A stretch of 34,697 nucleotides of DNA from positions 1 through 34,697 of the forward strand of contig SKKY01000159.1 in the NCBI GenBank assembly GCA_007123515.1, written 5' to 3'. The stretch's first letter is position 1. Each line of letters begins with the position of its first letter. The notes under the pieces were generated by a model. That model saw only the letters and a list, made by a program, of their open reading frames with translations, made no database searches and had not been told where the DNA came from. Shown here in pieces: positions 10,150 through 21,315 of the stretch. Source of the DNA: Clostridia bacterium (GTDB lineage Bacteria; Bacillota; Peptococcia; Peptococcales; SKKY01). A program made the position numbers and the translations under genes.

Positions 10150-10595
10150 AGGTAATTTTATTAGAAGATGTGAATAAGATTGGGAAAAAAGGTGAAATTA
10201 AAGAAGTAAAAGACGGATACGCTCATAATTTTCTCTTTCCCAAAAACCTGGCAGCTCCTGCTACAAAGCAGAATCTGGCTAGTGTAGAAAAACAAAAAGA
10301 AGCAAAAAAACAAGAAGAGTTAAAACGCAAAGAAGAAGCGGAAGCGATTGGCAAAAAATTAACAGATAAAGAGTTTGGGTTTAAGGTGAAAGCCGGAGAA
10401 AGAGGAAGGCTATTCGGATCGTTAACCACAAAAGAAATCGCTGCAGAAATTGAAAGACAATATGACATCAAAATGGATAAAAGAAAATTGTCGATAGATG
10501 AGCCGATTAAGGCACTGGGAACCTATAACATAACAGCGAAACTTCATCCTGAAGTAAGCTTTGATTTTAAAATAATAGTTTCTGAACTGGAGTAG
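10146..10595 (+). CDS. rplI: 50S ribosomal protein L9
   Basis: [23 protein letters not shown] and GRLFGS motifs. Confidence 0.98.
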   Translation: MKVILLEDVNKIGKKGEIKEVKDGYAHNFLFPKNLAAPATKQNLASVEKQKEAKKQEELKRKEEAEAIGKKLTDKEFGFKVKAGERGRLFGSLTTKEIAAEIERQYDIKMDKRKLSIDEPIKALGTYNITAKLHPEVSFDFKIIVSELE

Positions 10596-10606
10596 GATGA
10601 AATTTT

Positions 10607-11935
10607 ATGGATCAGGTAAGTTTTGAAAAACGCCAGCCGGCAAACATAGAAGCTGAAGAGGCTATTATTGCAGCTATGATTCTTGATAAACAGGTGATTA
10701 ATCAAGTTGTGCAAAGCCTTAAGGCTGAAGATTTTTACAGAGATCAAAATGGAATATTGTTCGAAACCATTGCCCACTTAAATGATAAAGGCGAAGTGAT
10801 TGAACTTTTAACCATTGCAGAAAATCTAAAAAAACAAAATCTTTTGGAAAAAGCCGGCGGATTACTGGAAATTACCCGAGTCGCCAATGCTGTCTCTACC
10901 ACGCAGGGGGTAGAGCGTTATGCGGAGATTGTTAAAGAAAAGTCGACGCTCAGGCAACTAATCAGAATTAATACACAGCTTCTTAATCGCTGCTATGAAG
11001 AATCAGAGGATGTAGAAAGTATTCTCGATGATGCGGAAAGACAGGTTCTTGAGATTTCCAAAGAACGAGAGTCCTCCGGTCTTGTACAGATTAAGAACGT
11101 GGTCAATGATGTCATCACGAATTTAGAAGAATTATATAACCGAAAAACAGACATTACCGGTATTGCATCCGGGTTTACTGACCTTGATAAAATGACCTCA
11201 GGTTTTCAGCGCTCTGATTTGATCATCGTTGCAGCCAGACCTGGTATGGGGAAAACATCTTTTTGTCTGAACATGGCCCAGAACATAACGACGAAAAGTG
11301 ATTTTTCAGCAGCTATCTTTAGTCTGGAGATGTCCAAAGAACAGCTGACGCAAAGAATTATTTCGTCAGCTGCTAAAATCGACCAGTCAATTCTTAGAAG
11401 CGGAAAAATTCAGGCTGATGACTGGAGCCGTCTGATTGATGTGATCAATCCATTATCGGAAGCAAAGATTTTTATTGATGATACGCCGGCAATTTCAGTG
11501 CGTGAGATAAGAGCAAAAGCCAGAAGGCTTCAGGCAGAAAAGGGTCTTGATATCCTCTTTGTTGATTACATACAACTAATGTCCGGAGGGATAAAGTCAG
11601 AGTCAAGACAACAGGAGATCTCATATATTTCAAGGTCACTAAAAGCCCTTGCCAGAGAGCTAAACATACCGATTATTGCCCTGTCTCAATTATCCAGAGC
11701 TACTGAACAAACTTCGGATAAGCGACCTAGCCTCAGTCACTTGAGAGAATCCGGTGCGCTTGAGCAGGATGCGGATATCGTTATGTTTATTTACAGGGAA
11801 GAATATTATGACCCTGATAGTGAGAAAAAGGCTATTGCAGAAATTATTATTGCCAAACACAGAAATGGGTCGATAGGCAGTGTAGAACTGGCCTTTTTTG
11901 GAGAGTTTACTAAGTTTAGCAATTTATCTAAGTAA
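10607..11935 (+). CDS. dnaB: Replicative DNA helicase
   Basis: AARPGMGKT Walker A, FSLEM, DYIQL, LRESGALEQDAD; no intein. Confidence 0.98.
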   Translation: MDQVSFEKRQPANIEAEEAIIAAMILDKQVINQVVQSLKAEDFYRDQNGILFETIAHLNDKGEVIELLTIAENLKKQNLLEKAGGLLEITRVANAVSTTQGVERYAEIVKEKSTLRQLIRINTQLLNRCYEESEDVESILDDAERQVLEISKERESSGLVQIKNVVNDVITNLEELYNRKTDITGIASGFTDLDKMTSGFQRSDLIIVAARPGMGKTSFCLNMAQNITTKSDFSAAIFSLEMSKEQLTQRIISSAAKIDQSILRSGKIQADDWSRLIDVINPLSEAKIFIDDTPAISVREIRAKARRLQAEKGLDILFVDYIQLMSGGIKSESRQQEISYISRSLKALARELNIPIIALSQLSRATEQTSDKRPSLSHLRESGALEQDADIVMFIYREEYYDPDSEKKAIAEIIIAKHRNGSIGSVELAFFGEFTKFSNLSK

Positions 11936-11958
11936 TTTTAGCGTACAGGAGGCAAAAC

Positions 11959-13365
11959 ATGATTAAGCATAATGCTGATATATTGATTATTGGTGCAGGC
12001 CCGTCAGGAATTTTTACGGCAATTGAGCTGGAGCGCCAAAGACCTGGGTTGCAGATTATCGTTATTGATAAAGGTGTTGAGATCGATAAAAGAAAATGTC
12101 CGGAAAGGACTAAAGGATATTGCGTTAAATGTCCGGTCTGCAGCATTACATCGGGCTGGAGTGGCGCCGGAGCGTTTAGTGACGGAAAGCTGAGTTTGTC
12201 AACGGATGTTGGCGGAAGGATTACCGATTATTTAGGACAGGATATCAGTCAGAAATTAATAGATTATGCGGATACCATATACATGGAATTCGGTGCTAAT
12301 GATATGGTATATGGTCTTAACAGTTCTAAGGTGGAAGACATTGCTTATGAGGCATCTAAACATGATTTGCAGCTAATCTCCTGTCCGGTAAGACATCTTG
12401 GAACTGAGAAAGCCTATACTGTTCTTAAAGCGATGCACGACTACCTGGTGGCAAAAGAAAATATTTCTTTCTGGTCATTAACCAAAGCGGTTGATTTAGT
12501 TGTTGAAGACGGATTAGTGATTGGCGCTAAGGTTAGCAGAGGGCTGAAAGAGTATCTTATTGAAGCTAAAAAAGTTGTTGTCGCTCCGGGACGCGGTGGA
12601 GCCGAATGGCTTAATCAGCAGACAGCAAAGCTAAACATACAGACAGAAAATAATGAGGTTGATGTAGGTGTCCGGGTTGAGGTGCCTAATTCTATCATGG
12701 ATCATTTGACAAAAGACTTATACGAAGCTAAGTTGGTCTATTATTCAGATACGTATGATAACCGGGTCAGAACGTTTTGTATGAATCCTGGTGGCGTGGT
12801 ATCCGGTGAAGGCTATGAAGGAATCTCGGTGGTTAATGGTCACAGTTATTCAGACCCTTCCCTGCGTACCAAAAATACAAATTTTGCGCTGCTGGTTTCA
12901 ACAAAATTTACCAAGCCATTTAACGAACCGATTGAATACGGAAAATATGTTGCCCGGCTTGCAAATATGCTGACGGGTGGTGGCATTATGGTCCAAAGGT
13001 TAGGTGATTTGGTTCGTGGCAGAAGAACCGATTATGCCAGGCTCGAAAAATCAACGACCATTCCAACATTAAAAAGTGCTGTTCCGGGAGATTTAAGCTA
13101 TGTGCTTCCGGCAAGATACTTAACATCCATTGTCGAGTCGCTAAAGGCTTTAGATAAAATAGCGCCTGGCTTATACTCAAGAAATACATTGCTCTATGGT
13201 GTAGAAGTAAAATTTTATTCGTCAAAAGTCACACTAGGCGATAATTTTGAAACAGAGATACAAAACCTATATACTATAGGTGATGGTGCCGGTATTACGA
13301 GGGGACTTATGCAAGCTTCAGTAAATGGGATTGCCGTAGCCAGAGACATAATAAAAAAATTATAA
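11959..13365 (+). CDS. NAD(P)/FAD-dependent oxidoreductase (COG2509-like)
   Basis: GAGPSG, GAGAFSDGKL, VRTFCMNPGG, VNGHS, GDGAGITRGLMQAS. Confidence 0.85.
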   Translation: MIKHNADILIIGAGPSGIFTAIELERQRPGLQIIVIDKGVEIDKRKCPERTKGYCVKCPVCSITSGWSGAGAFSDGKLSLSTDVGGRITDYLGQDISQKLIDYADTIYMEFGANDMVYGLNSSKVEDIAYEASKHDLQLISCPVRHLGTEKAYTVLKAMHDYLVAKENISFWSLTKAVDLVVEDGLVIGAKVSRGLKEYLIEAKKVVVAPGRGGAEWLNQQTAKLNIQTENNEVDVGVRVEVPNSIMDHLTKDLYEAKLVYYSDTYDNRVRTFCMNPGGVVSGEGYEGISVVNGHSYSDPSLRTKNTNFALLVSTKFTKPFNEPIEYGKYVARLANMLTGGGIMVQRLGDLVRGRRTDYARLEKSTTIPTLKSAVPGDLSYVLPARYLTSIVESLKALDKIAPGLYSRNTLLYGVEVKFYSSKVTLGDNFETEIQNLYTIGDGAGITRGLMQASVNGIAVARDIIKKL

Positions 13366-13385
13366 AAAATAAATAATAATAATGA

Positions 13386-14678
<1,293 letters not shown>

Positions 14679-14712
14679 ATAAGCGATGCCGGTCTTAGTA
14701 TCGTTGTTATTG

Positions 14713-14747
14713 GTTGGCGAGGCAGCTTTTGCTTCGCCAACTTTTTT
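14713..14747 (+). terminator. purA terminator
   Basis: GTTGGCGAGGC/GCTTCGCCAAC stem plus T6. Confidence 0.85.
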
Positions 14748-14791
14748 ATTTGAAGTATTATGATTCGTATTGTAAAATTAGACAAATATGA

Positions 14792-16033
14792 TTGATGGGT
14801 GGGATTGTTTTGGCTGGAAAATTGGATTTTTTACCGGTAATACTTGGGTCAGATGATAATGCATATAGTATGGCAAGATCGTTTCATGAAGAGTATGGTA
14901 TCAAAAGTATTGTTGTTACAAAGGGGCACTTGCTTCCTACGGCGCATAGTCGCATTATAGAGAAAAAAATGGTTGATAATTTTGATCAGCCGGAAAATTT
15001 TGTTACAGGGTTGTTGCAGCTGGTGCCGGAATTAAAAATGCGTGCGGAGCAATTGATTCTTGTTGCCAGTAATGAGAATTATGCAGAGCTTGGAATACGC
15101 AACAGAGAAGCTCTTGAAAAAGACTATATCGTTCCGTTTATCAGCGAAGAGCTGATGGAAAAGGTGGTCTATAAAGAGAATTTTTATGAGCTCTGTGAAG
15201 AATATGGCCTCGACTATCCGGAGACACTGATCTTTAAAAAGGGTATGGATCCGGAGATGGATCTTCCTTTTGATTTCCCTGTTGTGGTCAAGGCTTCTGA
15301 CAGTATGAGCTACTTCAATGCTCAATTTGAGGGGAAAAAGAAAGCCTATATTATTGATAATCGCAATGATTTTGTGGAAGCGATCACTAATATTTACGGA
15401 TCAACGTATAAAGACAATCTGATTATTCAGGATTATATTCCCGGAGATGATACGGTCATGCGCGTATTAAATGCTTATGTGGACAGAAACCATAAGGTTC
15501 GCATGATCTGCCTTGGGCGAATTGTTTTAGAGGATCATACGCCGGTTTTAATAGGCAATTATGTGGGAATTGTATCGGAGTATAATCAGGAGTTGTATGA
15601 TAAGTATGTAAAGTTTTTGGAAGAGGTTAAATATACGGGATATGCAAATATTGACTTAAAGTATGATCGCCGGGATGGTAAAATGAAGATTTTTGAACTG
15701 AACATTCGTCAGGGACGAAGCAGTTTCTTTGTGACCGCCAGCGGTTATAATCTTGCTAAATATTTAATTAATGATCGCATCTATCAAAAGGATCTGCCAA
15801 TAGAATATGGCAATAATGAATATTTATGGCATAGCATACCGCAGGATCTGCTCTTAGAATATACGATGGATCCGGAATTAAAAGAACAGGTTCAAAGGCT
15901 GATAAAAGAAAAGAAAACATCAACAACCTTGTACTATGACAAAGATAAAAGTCTCTTTAGAACGATTAAGCTAAATAATTATTATAAAGATTACTACAAA
16001 AGATATAAAAAATATTTTGTTAAAAAACAATAA
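14792..16033 (+). CDS. ATP-grasp carboxylate-amine ligase, D-aspartate ligase (Asl-fm/YxbA)-like
   Basis: LGSDDNAYSMARSFHEEY, IIQDYIPGDD, KYDRRDG, FELNIRQGRSSFF. The start may be a few codons later. Confidence 0.8.
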   Translation: MMGGIVLAGKLDFLPVILGSDDNAYSMARSFHEEYGIKSIVVTKGHLLPTAHSRIIEKKMVDNFDQPENFVTGLLQLVPELKMRAEQLILVASNENYAELGIRNREALEKDYIVPFISEELMEKVVYKENFYELCEEYGLDYPETLIFKKGMDPEMDLPFDFPVVVKASDSMSYFNAQFEGKKKAYIIDNRNDFVEAITNIYGSTYKDNLIIQDYIPGDDTVMRVLNAYVDRNHKVRMICLGRIVLEDHTPVLIGNYVGIVSEYNQELYDKYVKFLEEVKYTGYANIDLKYDRRDGKMKIFELNIRQGRSSFFVTASGYNLAKYLINDRIYQKDLPIEYGNNEYLWHSIPQDLLLEYTMDPELKEQVQRLIKEKKTSTTLYYDKDKSLFRTIKLNNYYKDYYKRYKKYFVKKQ

Positions 16034-16048
16034 CAGACATATAAGGAG

Positions 16049-17098
16049 ATGTATCCGTTGCCAGTCTTAGATAAAAGCAATTCGGCTGCCGTTGAAAAAT
16101 ATCTTGAATTTGTAAGGAGCCATACAAACAGAACCCTGACCCAGGACCCGGATTGGTCTGAGGTAAAATGGGACTGGGGTAGTGAACAGGTGTATCTTGA
16201 AGAGGACGGTCAAATCATTGCGGCGATGTCTTTGCTAGTTAAAAAAGTTCCTTTTTTTGGTGCGCTTTTGTATGCTCCAAGAGGGCCGGTTGCAGAAAAT
16301 GCCGATCCTGTTCTTGTAAGGAAAATTGTTATTGAGGCTCAACCACTGGTGAAAAAATACAAAGCTTTTGCTCTTAAATTCGATCCGGAAACACCCTATT
16401 CGTCGGAGCTTGAGAAAGAATATGAGCAGGCTGGCTTTGTTGTTCGTAACAAAGGAGCTAAAAAGGATGCGCTGATCCAACCCAGATATAATATGGTTCT
16501 TCATTTTGAAGATCATGACCAGGAATCGATTATGCAAAAATTTAGTGGTAAGATTCGTAATCGTATTCGTTCAGCAGCGAAAAAAGGAGTCTATGCAGAG
16601 CATGGCAGGAGCGATCAATTTTTAGAAACGTTTTATGAAATCTACCTGGAAATGTCGGAAAGAAACAGACTGACTCCGAGATCCTATGAATATTTTTTAA
16701 AAATGCGTGAAGCTTTTCCAGGACTTCGGGTGTATCTTGCGAAGCATGAAGAGGATACCTTATCGGCGGGAGTCACGATTAACTATTATGGGAAGTTATA
16801 CTATTTGTATGCAGGAAGCCGTGATAAGAAAAGAAATTTAGGACCGAATCAGTTTTTAAATTACGAAATGATTCGCTGGGGTATTGAAGAAGGAGCTGAA
16901 CAGTACGATTTTGGGGGAGTCATTGCCCCAGATAAAAGTGATGGCCTATATGAATTTAAGATTGGTTTTTGTCACAAAGATGGAATGACTGAATATATTG
17001 GTGAGATTGATCAGGTGTATAAGAAGTTTTCATACTACGCTTTTACCCATCTTGTCCCAAAAATACAAAGATTACGAATTATATTGACAAGAAAGTAG
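16049..17098 (+). CDS. FemABX/MurM family tRNA-dependent peptidoglycan aminoacyltransferase
   Basis: Q...W..VK..W, YAPRGPV, LKFDP, IQPR, YLYAGS, YDFGG, GLYEFK.GF, EYIGE.D. Confidence 0.9.
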   Translation: MYPLPVLDKSNSAAVEKYLEFVRSHTNRTLTQDPDWSEVKWDWGSEQVYLEEDGQIIAAMSLLVKKVPFFGALLYAPRGPVAENADPVLVRKIVIEAQPLVKKYKAFALKFDPETPYSSELEKEYEQAGFVVRNKGAKKDALIQPRYNMVLHFEDHDQESIMQKFSGKIRNRIRSAAKKGVYAEHGRSDQFLETFYEIYLEMSERNRLTPRSYEYFLKMREAFPGLRVYLAKHEEDTLSAGVTINYYGKLYYLYAGSRDKKRNLGPNQFLNYEMIRWGIEEGAEQYDFGGVIAPDKSDGLYEFKIGFCHKDGMTEYIGEIDQVYKKFSYYAFTHLVPKIQRLRIILTRK

Positions 17099-17112
17099 CG
17101 CTTCTGTATAAT
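17084..17112 (+). promoter_or_regulatory. Consensus sigma-A promoter of the tRNA operon
   Basis: TTGACA-17bp-TATAAT, overlapping the end of the fem gene. Confidence 0.9.
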
Positions 17113-17130
17113 TCAAAATCGTTGGTGCCT

Positions 17131-17206
17131 GAGCCATTAGCTCAGTTGGCAGAGCACCTGACTTTTAATCAGGGTGTCCCGCGTTCGAGTCGCGGATGGC
17201 TCACCA
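17131..17206 (+). tRNA. tRNA-Lys(UUU)
   Basis: Cloverleaf, anticodon loop CTTTTAA, encoded CCA. Confidence 0.97.
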
Positions 17207-17214
17207 TTAAATAT

Positions 17215-17291
17215 GGCGCGTTGGAGAAGCGGCTTAACTCACCAGCCTTTCACGCTGGCATTCACGGGTTCGAATCCCGTACGCGTCACCA
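17215..17291 (+). tRNA. tRNA-Glu(UUC)
   Basis: CCAGC-CTTTCAC-GCTGG anticodon arm, TTCGAAT T-loop, encoded CCA. Confidence 0.96.
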
Positions 17292-17300
17292 TTTTATTTT

Positions 17301-17376
<76 letters not shown>

Positions 17377-17377
17377 T

Positions 17378-17416
17378 AAAAAACTCCTTATTGCAATGTG
17401 CAATGAGGAGTTTTTT
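17378..17416. terminator. Bidirectional terminator between the tRNAs and the BCCT gene
   Basis: A-run, CTCCTTATTGCA/TGCAATGAGGAG stem, T-run. Confidence 0.85.
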
Positions 17417-17475
17417 AGTGCGTGTTTATAAAGCTGTAATTTAGTTTTTAGAGTCAGACATAGACCGAAATTTTC

Positions 17476-19461
17476 TTATCTTGTAATATGTAGAAAATGC
17501 ATATGCTTTTCATACTGATCTAAAACATTATTTATCAGTTGTTCCTTGGTCCAGCCCATCACATCGTAGTTCTGTCCGCCTTCTTTTAAGTAGACTTCAG
17601 CGCGGTAATGTTTTTTAGTGTCCTGATATTCTTTGGCATCTTCTGTTAAGGCAAAGGCCGGGGGTGTATGAGGTCTTGGTCTGACTGAATAGAAGAAATT
17701 ATCTTCATCTTCATGATTTACTTCAATCCAGACCCTTCCGTCTTCACCTGTTTCAACAACGGCGTCAATTTCATTTTTCCGGAAAACACTGGCGACATCT
17801 TCAAGAGCTGGCTTTACCGTGTCAGAAATATAAGAGCAGACATCCTGTTTTTTGGGCTGATCGATAAGCGTATGTAATCGTTCCTGCCAGGAGACAGGAT
17901 TTTTTTGCGTATCGGGCATAACTATCGCTTCTTGAAGTGTGGTTTTTTTAATGACTTCAATTCGGAGAGCTTTAAGCAGTCCCCAACACATAATAAGCAT
18001 AATTAAAGTAAATGGCAGGGCGCTGGCTATGGCTGCTGTTTGTAAGGCGGTTAACCCTCCGGCTAAAAGTAGTGCGATGGCGACTAAACCCTCGGCCGTA
18101 GCCCAGAATATTCGTTGCCAGACAGGGCCTTCTTTTTCTCCACCGTTAGTCAGCATGTCAATAACAAGAGAACCGGAGTCTGATGAAGTTACGAAAAAAG
18201 TAACGACGAGTAAAGTAGCGATGCTTGCAACCAGTGTGGAAAATGGCAGATGCTCAAAAAATTCAAAAAGAGCCATGGTGGTATCGGTAGCAACCGCATC
18301 AGATAATTGGGTGAGCCCCTGTTGCATAATCATATGGATGCCGGTATTTCCAAAAAAGGTCATCCACATAAAAGTAAATCCGACGGGTACCATCAAAACA
18401 CCTACCACAAATTCGCGAATGGTGCGCCCTCTGGAGACGCGGGCAATAAACATTCCTACAAAGGGAGACCAGGCGATCCACCAGCCCCAGTAAAAAAGCG
18501 TCCATCCACCGATCCAATCGCCGGGTTCATAGGCATATAGGTAGAAGGTTTGATTGATGACGTCCGCAATATAACTTCCGGTATTTTGGACAAGAGTCTG
18601 TAAAAGAAAGACGGTAGGCCCTGCGATCAATACAAATGCCAAGAGAGAAACCGCCATGATCATATTGAGTTCGGAAATTCTTTTGATACCTGCATCAAGC
18701 CCGGAGGCAACTGATCCGGTGGCTATCAGGGTAATAATGGCAATTAAGAGGATTTGGACAAAAGTCGTATTTGGTACCCCGAAAAGATAATTGAGTCCAG
18801 AGTTAACCTGCAATACGCCAAGACCAAGTGAGGTCGCGACGCCAAAAATTGTACCGATAACGGCGAAAGTATCAACAATGTGTCCAATCGGTCCATAGAT
18901 CCTGTCACCGATCAACGGGTAGAGTGATGAACGAATGGCAAGAGGGAGGTTGTGTCTAAAAGAAAAATAGGCCAGTGAAATGGCTACAACGGCGTAGATT
19001 GCCCAAGCATGGATGCCCCAGTGGAAAAAAGTAATTTTCATAGCCTCGCGGGCTGCATTGACAGTAGCGCCATCACCTACCGGGGGGTTCATGTAGTGCA
19101 TGACCGGTTCGGCCACACCAAAAAACAAAAGACCGATGCCCATCCCTGCGGAAAAAAGCATGGCAAACCAGGAAATATAGTTATAATCTGGCTCACTGTG
19201 ATCCGGTCCGAGCTTAATAAGGCCGTTTTTTGAAATGCCAAGAAAAATAACGAAGATCAGAAAAATGGCTACAGAAAGAACATAAAACCATCCGGTGGTG
19301 TCTATAATCCATGTCTGGACTGATGTAAATACTCGTTCAGTAGTTGCCGGAGCAATCACCGTCAGCGTCACAAATATGATAGTGATAATGGCGGAGCTGA
19401 AAAAAACGGGTGGATTGATTCTAATTTCAGGTTTTTTAAAAAATCGCTTTTTTTCTTTCAT
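17476..19461 (-). CDS. BCCT family betaine/choline transporter with long BetT-type C-terminal domain
   Basis: WFAMLFSAGMGIG, HWGIHAW, WTLFYWGWWIAWSPFVGMFIARVSRGRTIREF, FFVTSSDSG; ATG 19461 after GGAGGT. Confidence 0.93.
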   Translation of the reverse strand: MKEKKRFFKKPEIRINPPVFFSSAIITIIFVTLTVIAPATTERVFTSVQTWIIDTTGWFYVLSVAIFLIFVIFLGISKNGLIKLGPDHSEPDYNYISWFAMLFSAGMGIGLLFFGVAEPVMHYMNPPVGDGATVNAAREAMKITFFHWGIHAWAIYAVVAISLAYFSFRHNLPLAIRSSLYPLIGDRIYGPIGHIVDTFAVIGTIFGVATSLGLGVLQVNSGLNYLFGVPNTTFVQILLIAIITLIATGSVASGLDAGIKRISELNMIMAVSLLAFVLIAGPTVFLLQTLVQNTGSYIADVINQTFYLYAYEPGDWIGGWTLFYWGWWIAWSPFVGMFIARVSRGRTIREFVVGVLMVPVGFTFMWMTFFGNTGIHMIMQQGLTQLSDAVATDTTMALFEFFEHLPFSTLVASIATLLVVTFFVTSSDSGSLVIDMLTNGGEKEGPVWQRIFWATAEGLVAIALLLAGGLTALQTAAIASALPFTLIMLIMCWGLLKALRIEVIKKTTLQEAIVMPDTQKNPVSWQERLHTLIDQPKKQDVCSYISDTVKPALEDVASVFRKNEIDAVVETGEDGRVWIEVNHEDEDNFFYSVRPRPHTPPAFALTEDAKEYQDTKKHYRAEVYLKEGGQNYDVMGWTKEQLINNVLDQYEKHMHFLHITR

Positions 19462-19620
19462 ATAGCGGACCTCCACAATAAGATCATTTAATACAGTAGT
19501 ATATATTAATATACAAATTTTTTAAATATTTGTAATATATAACCTGGTCAAGCAAAGGTTTAAACAAGAAGAATTTAGTTTATGGATAGTTTGATATAGA
19601 TAAAAAGAGGGTGTGATTTT

Positions 19621-20973
19621 ATGAGACAGCACTATGAGGTAATTGTTATCGGTACTGGGGCAGCAGGAACCACTGCAGCAGCTATATGTAATAAAGAAGG
19701 CAAAAAAGTGGCTATTATCGATGAAAGAGAATTAGGCGGAACTTGTGCCTTAAGAGGTTGCGATGCTAAAAAAATATTCACGGGTCTGGCAGAATTAGTT
19801 GACTGGAATCAACGAATGTCCGACAAAGGGATTGTAGATCAGGCTGAAACGAATTGGGAAGATATTCTTTCTTTTAAAAATAAAATGAAAAAAGGATTTC
19901 CTGAACAAAAAGAAGCTTATTTTGAAAAATATGGAATTGACGTTTATCGGGGTATAGCATCGTTCTATTCTGAAAAGGAAGTAAAGGTTGGCAATGCAAT
20001 TTTATCAGGTGATTACATCGTAATTGCTACGGGTGCTAAACCAAGAGAGTTGCCTTTTGAAGGGGCGAACCACTTGATCACCAGCGAAGAATTTCTAGAC
20101 TTAGAACAATTGCCTGAAAAAATGGTTTTTGTTGGTGGAGGATATATTTCCTTTGAATTTGCTCATATCACTTCAAGGCTGGGAGTAGAAACCCATATCA
20201 TTGAATTTCAGGATCGCGTTTTACAGAACTTTGAAAAAAACATGGTTGATAAAATGCTTGAGAAAAGTGCTCAGGCAGGTATCCAAATTCATTTAGAAAC
20301 CAGCGTGGAGAAGATCGAAGAACAGGGCACTCAGTATAAGATTATTGCTGAAAAAGATGGAAAATCTTTTGAGATGGAGGCAGGAGTCGTAGTAAATGGA
20401 GCCGGTCGGATACCGAATATTGAGAGTCTTAATTTAGAAAAAGGAAAAGTATCATATTCGGAAAAAGGGATTGAAGTTAATCAGTATTTACAGAGTCCAA
20501 GCAATCCGGCTGTCTATGCCGCCGGAGATGTCAGTCATACGAAAGGACTGCCGCTTACCCCGGTTGCAGGAGTTGAAGGAGCGGTGGTTGGTGAAAATAT
20601 TATTAAAGGGAATAGTAATAGTCCCGACTATTCAATGATTGCAACAACTTTGTTTACCATTCCTAAAATTTCAGCAGCAGGAATGTCAGAAGAAGAAGCT
20701 AAAAAGCAGGGTATTCATTATGAGATAAAACAAAAAGACATGTCAGACTGGTACTCCTATAAAAGAACAAATGATGGACATGCGATGTGTAAAGTGCTGA
20801 TTGATCCGAATAGTGATTTGATTTTAGGCGTTCAGGCCGTGGGTGGATATGCCGATCATATAGTAAACCATCTGGCGCTGGCGATCAAACACAAAATACC
20901 GGTCGGCGAAATACAGGCAATGATGTATTCTTATCCGAGTATCGAGTCAGACCTTCAGCATATTCTAAAATAG
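19621..20973 (+). CDS. Glutathione-reductase-like pyridine nucleotide-disulfide oxidoreductase
   Basis: GTGAAG, GGTCALRGCDAKK redox-active CxxxxC, GGGYIS, LTPVA. Confidence 0.85.
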   Translation: MRQHYEVIVIGTGAAGTTAAAICNKEGKKVAIIDERELGGTCALRGCDAKKIFTGLAELVDWNQRMSDKGIVDQAETNWEDILSFKNKMKKGFPEQKEAYFEKYGIDVYRGIASFYSEKEVKVGNAILSGDYIVIATGAKPRELPFEGANHLITSEEFLDLEQLPEKMVFVGGGYISFEFAHITSRLGVETHIIEFQDRVLQNFEKNMVDKMLEKSAQAGIQIHLETSVEKIEEQGTQYKIIAEKDGKSFEMEAGVVVNGAGRIPNIESLNLEKGKVSYSEKGIEVNQYLQSPSNPAVYAAGDVSHTKGLPLTPVAGVEGAVVGENIIKGNSNSPDYSMIATTLFTIPKISAAGMSEEEAKKQGIHYEIKQKDMSDWYSYKRTNDGHAMCKVLIDPNSDLILGVQAVGGYADHIVNHLALAIKHKIPVGEIQAMMYSYPSIESDLQHILK

Positions 20974-20984
20974 ACTTTATGTTA

Positions 20985-21013
20985 TTGTTATTTCTTTTGG
21001 AATTTGTTATAAT
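20985..21013 (+). promoter_or_regulatory. Putative scfA promoter
   Basis: TTGTTA-17bp-TATAAT with TGn extension. Confidence 0.65.
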
Positions 21014-21039
21014 TCCCTTGCAAAGTGAGGTGGAGTATC

Positions 21040-21180
21040 ATGAAAAAACATATCAAAACGATTTCTAAAAAAGATTTAAAATGCACGATAAAAAAAGGCG
21101 GATGTGGAGAATGCCCTACTTCATGCCAGTCAGCATGCAAAACATCATGCACTGTTAGCAATCAAACATGTAAAAATTAA
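21040..21180 (+). CDS. scfA: SCIFF (six-cysteine ranthipeptide) precursor, 46 aa, not in the ORF track
   Basis: Translated by hand: MKKHIKTISKKDLKCTIKKGGCGECPTSCQSACKTSCTVSNQTCKN. GAGGTGG RBS; adjacent maturase. Confidence 0.95.
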   Translation: MKKHIKTISKKDLKCTIKKGGCGECPTSCQSACKTSCTVSNQTCKN

Positions 21181-21206
21181 TACTACAAAATATATAAGAC
21201 AGAAGC

Positions 21207-21238
21207 CAGATCCTTTCCTAAAAGGGTCTGATTTTTTT
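21207..21238 (+). terminator. Terminator/stabilising hairpin after scfA
   Basis: CAGATCCTTT/AAAGGGTCTG stem plus T-run. Confidence 0.7.
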
Positions 21239-21244
21239 GTTTTG

Positions 21245-21315
21245 TTGGGGACGTTTCCCTCTGGTATACCAGAGGGAAACGTCCCCAATGGTATTACAAT
21301 TAGGGACACTTCTTG
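21245..21315. repeat. REP-like 71-bp element, copy 1 (44-bp perfect palindrome 21245-21288 plus tail)
   Basis: TTGGGGACGTTTCCCTCTGGTA|TACCAGAGGGAAACGTCCCCAA; inverted copy at 33946-34016. Confidence 0.9.

Noticed and set aside
17939-18493. 184-aa plus-strand ORF and other antisense ORFs in the track
   Set aside because: They are shadows of well-supported genes on the other strand and have no recognisable motifs.
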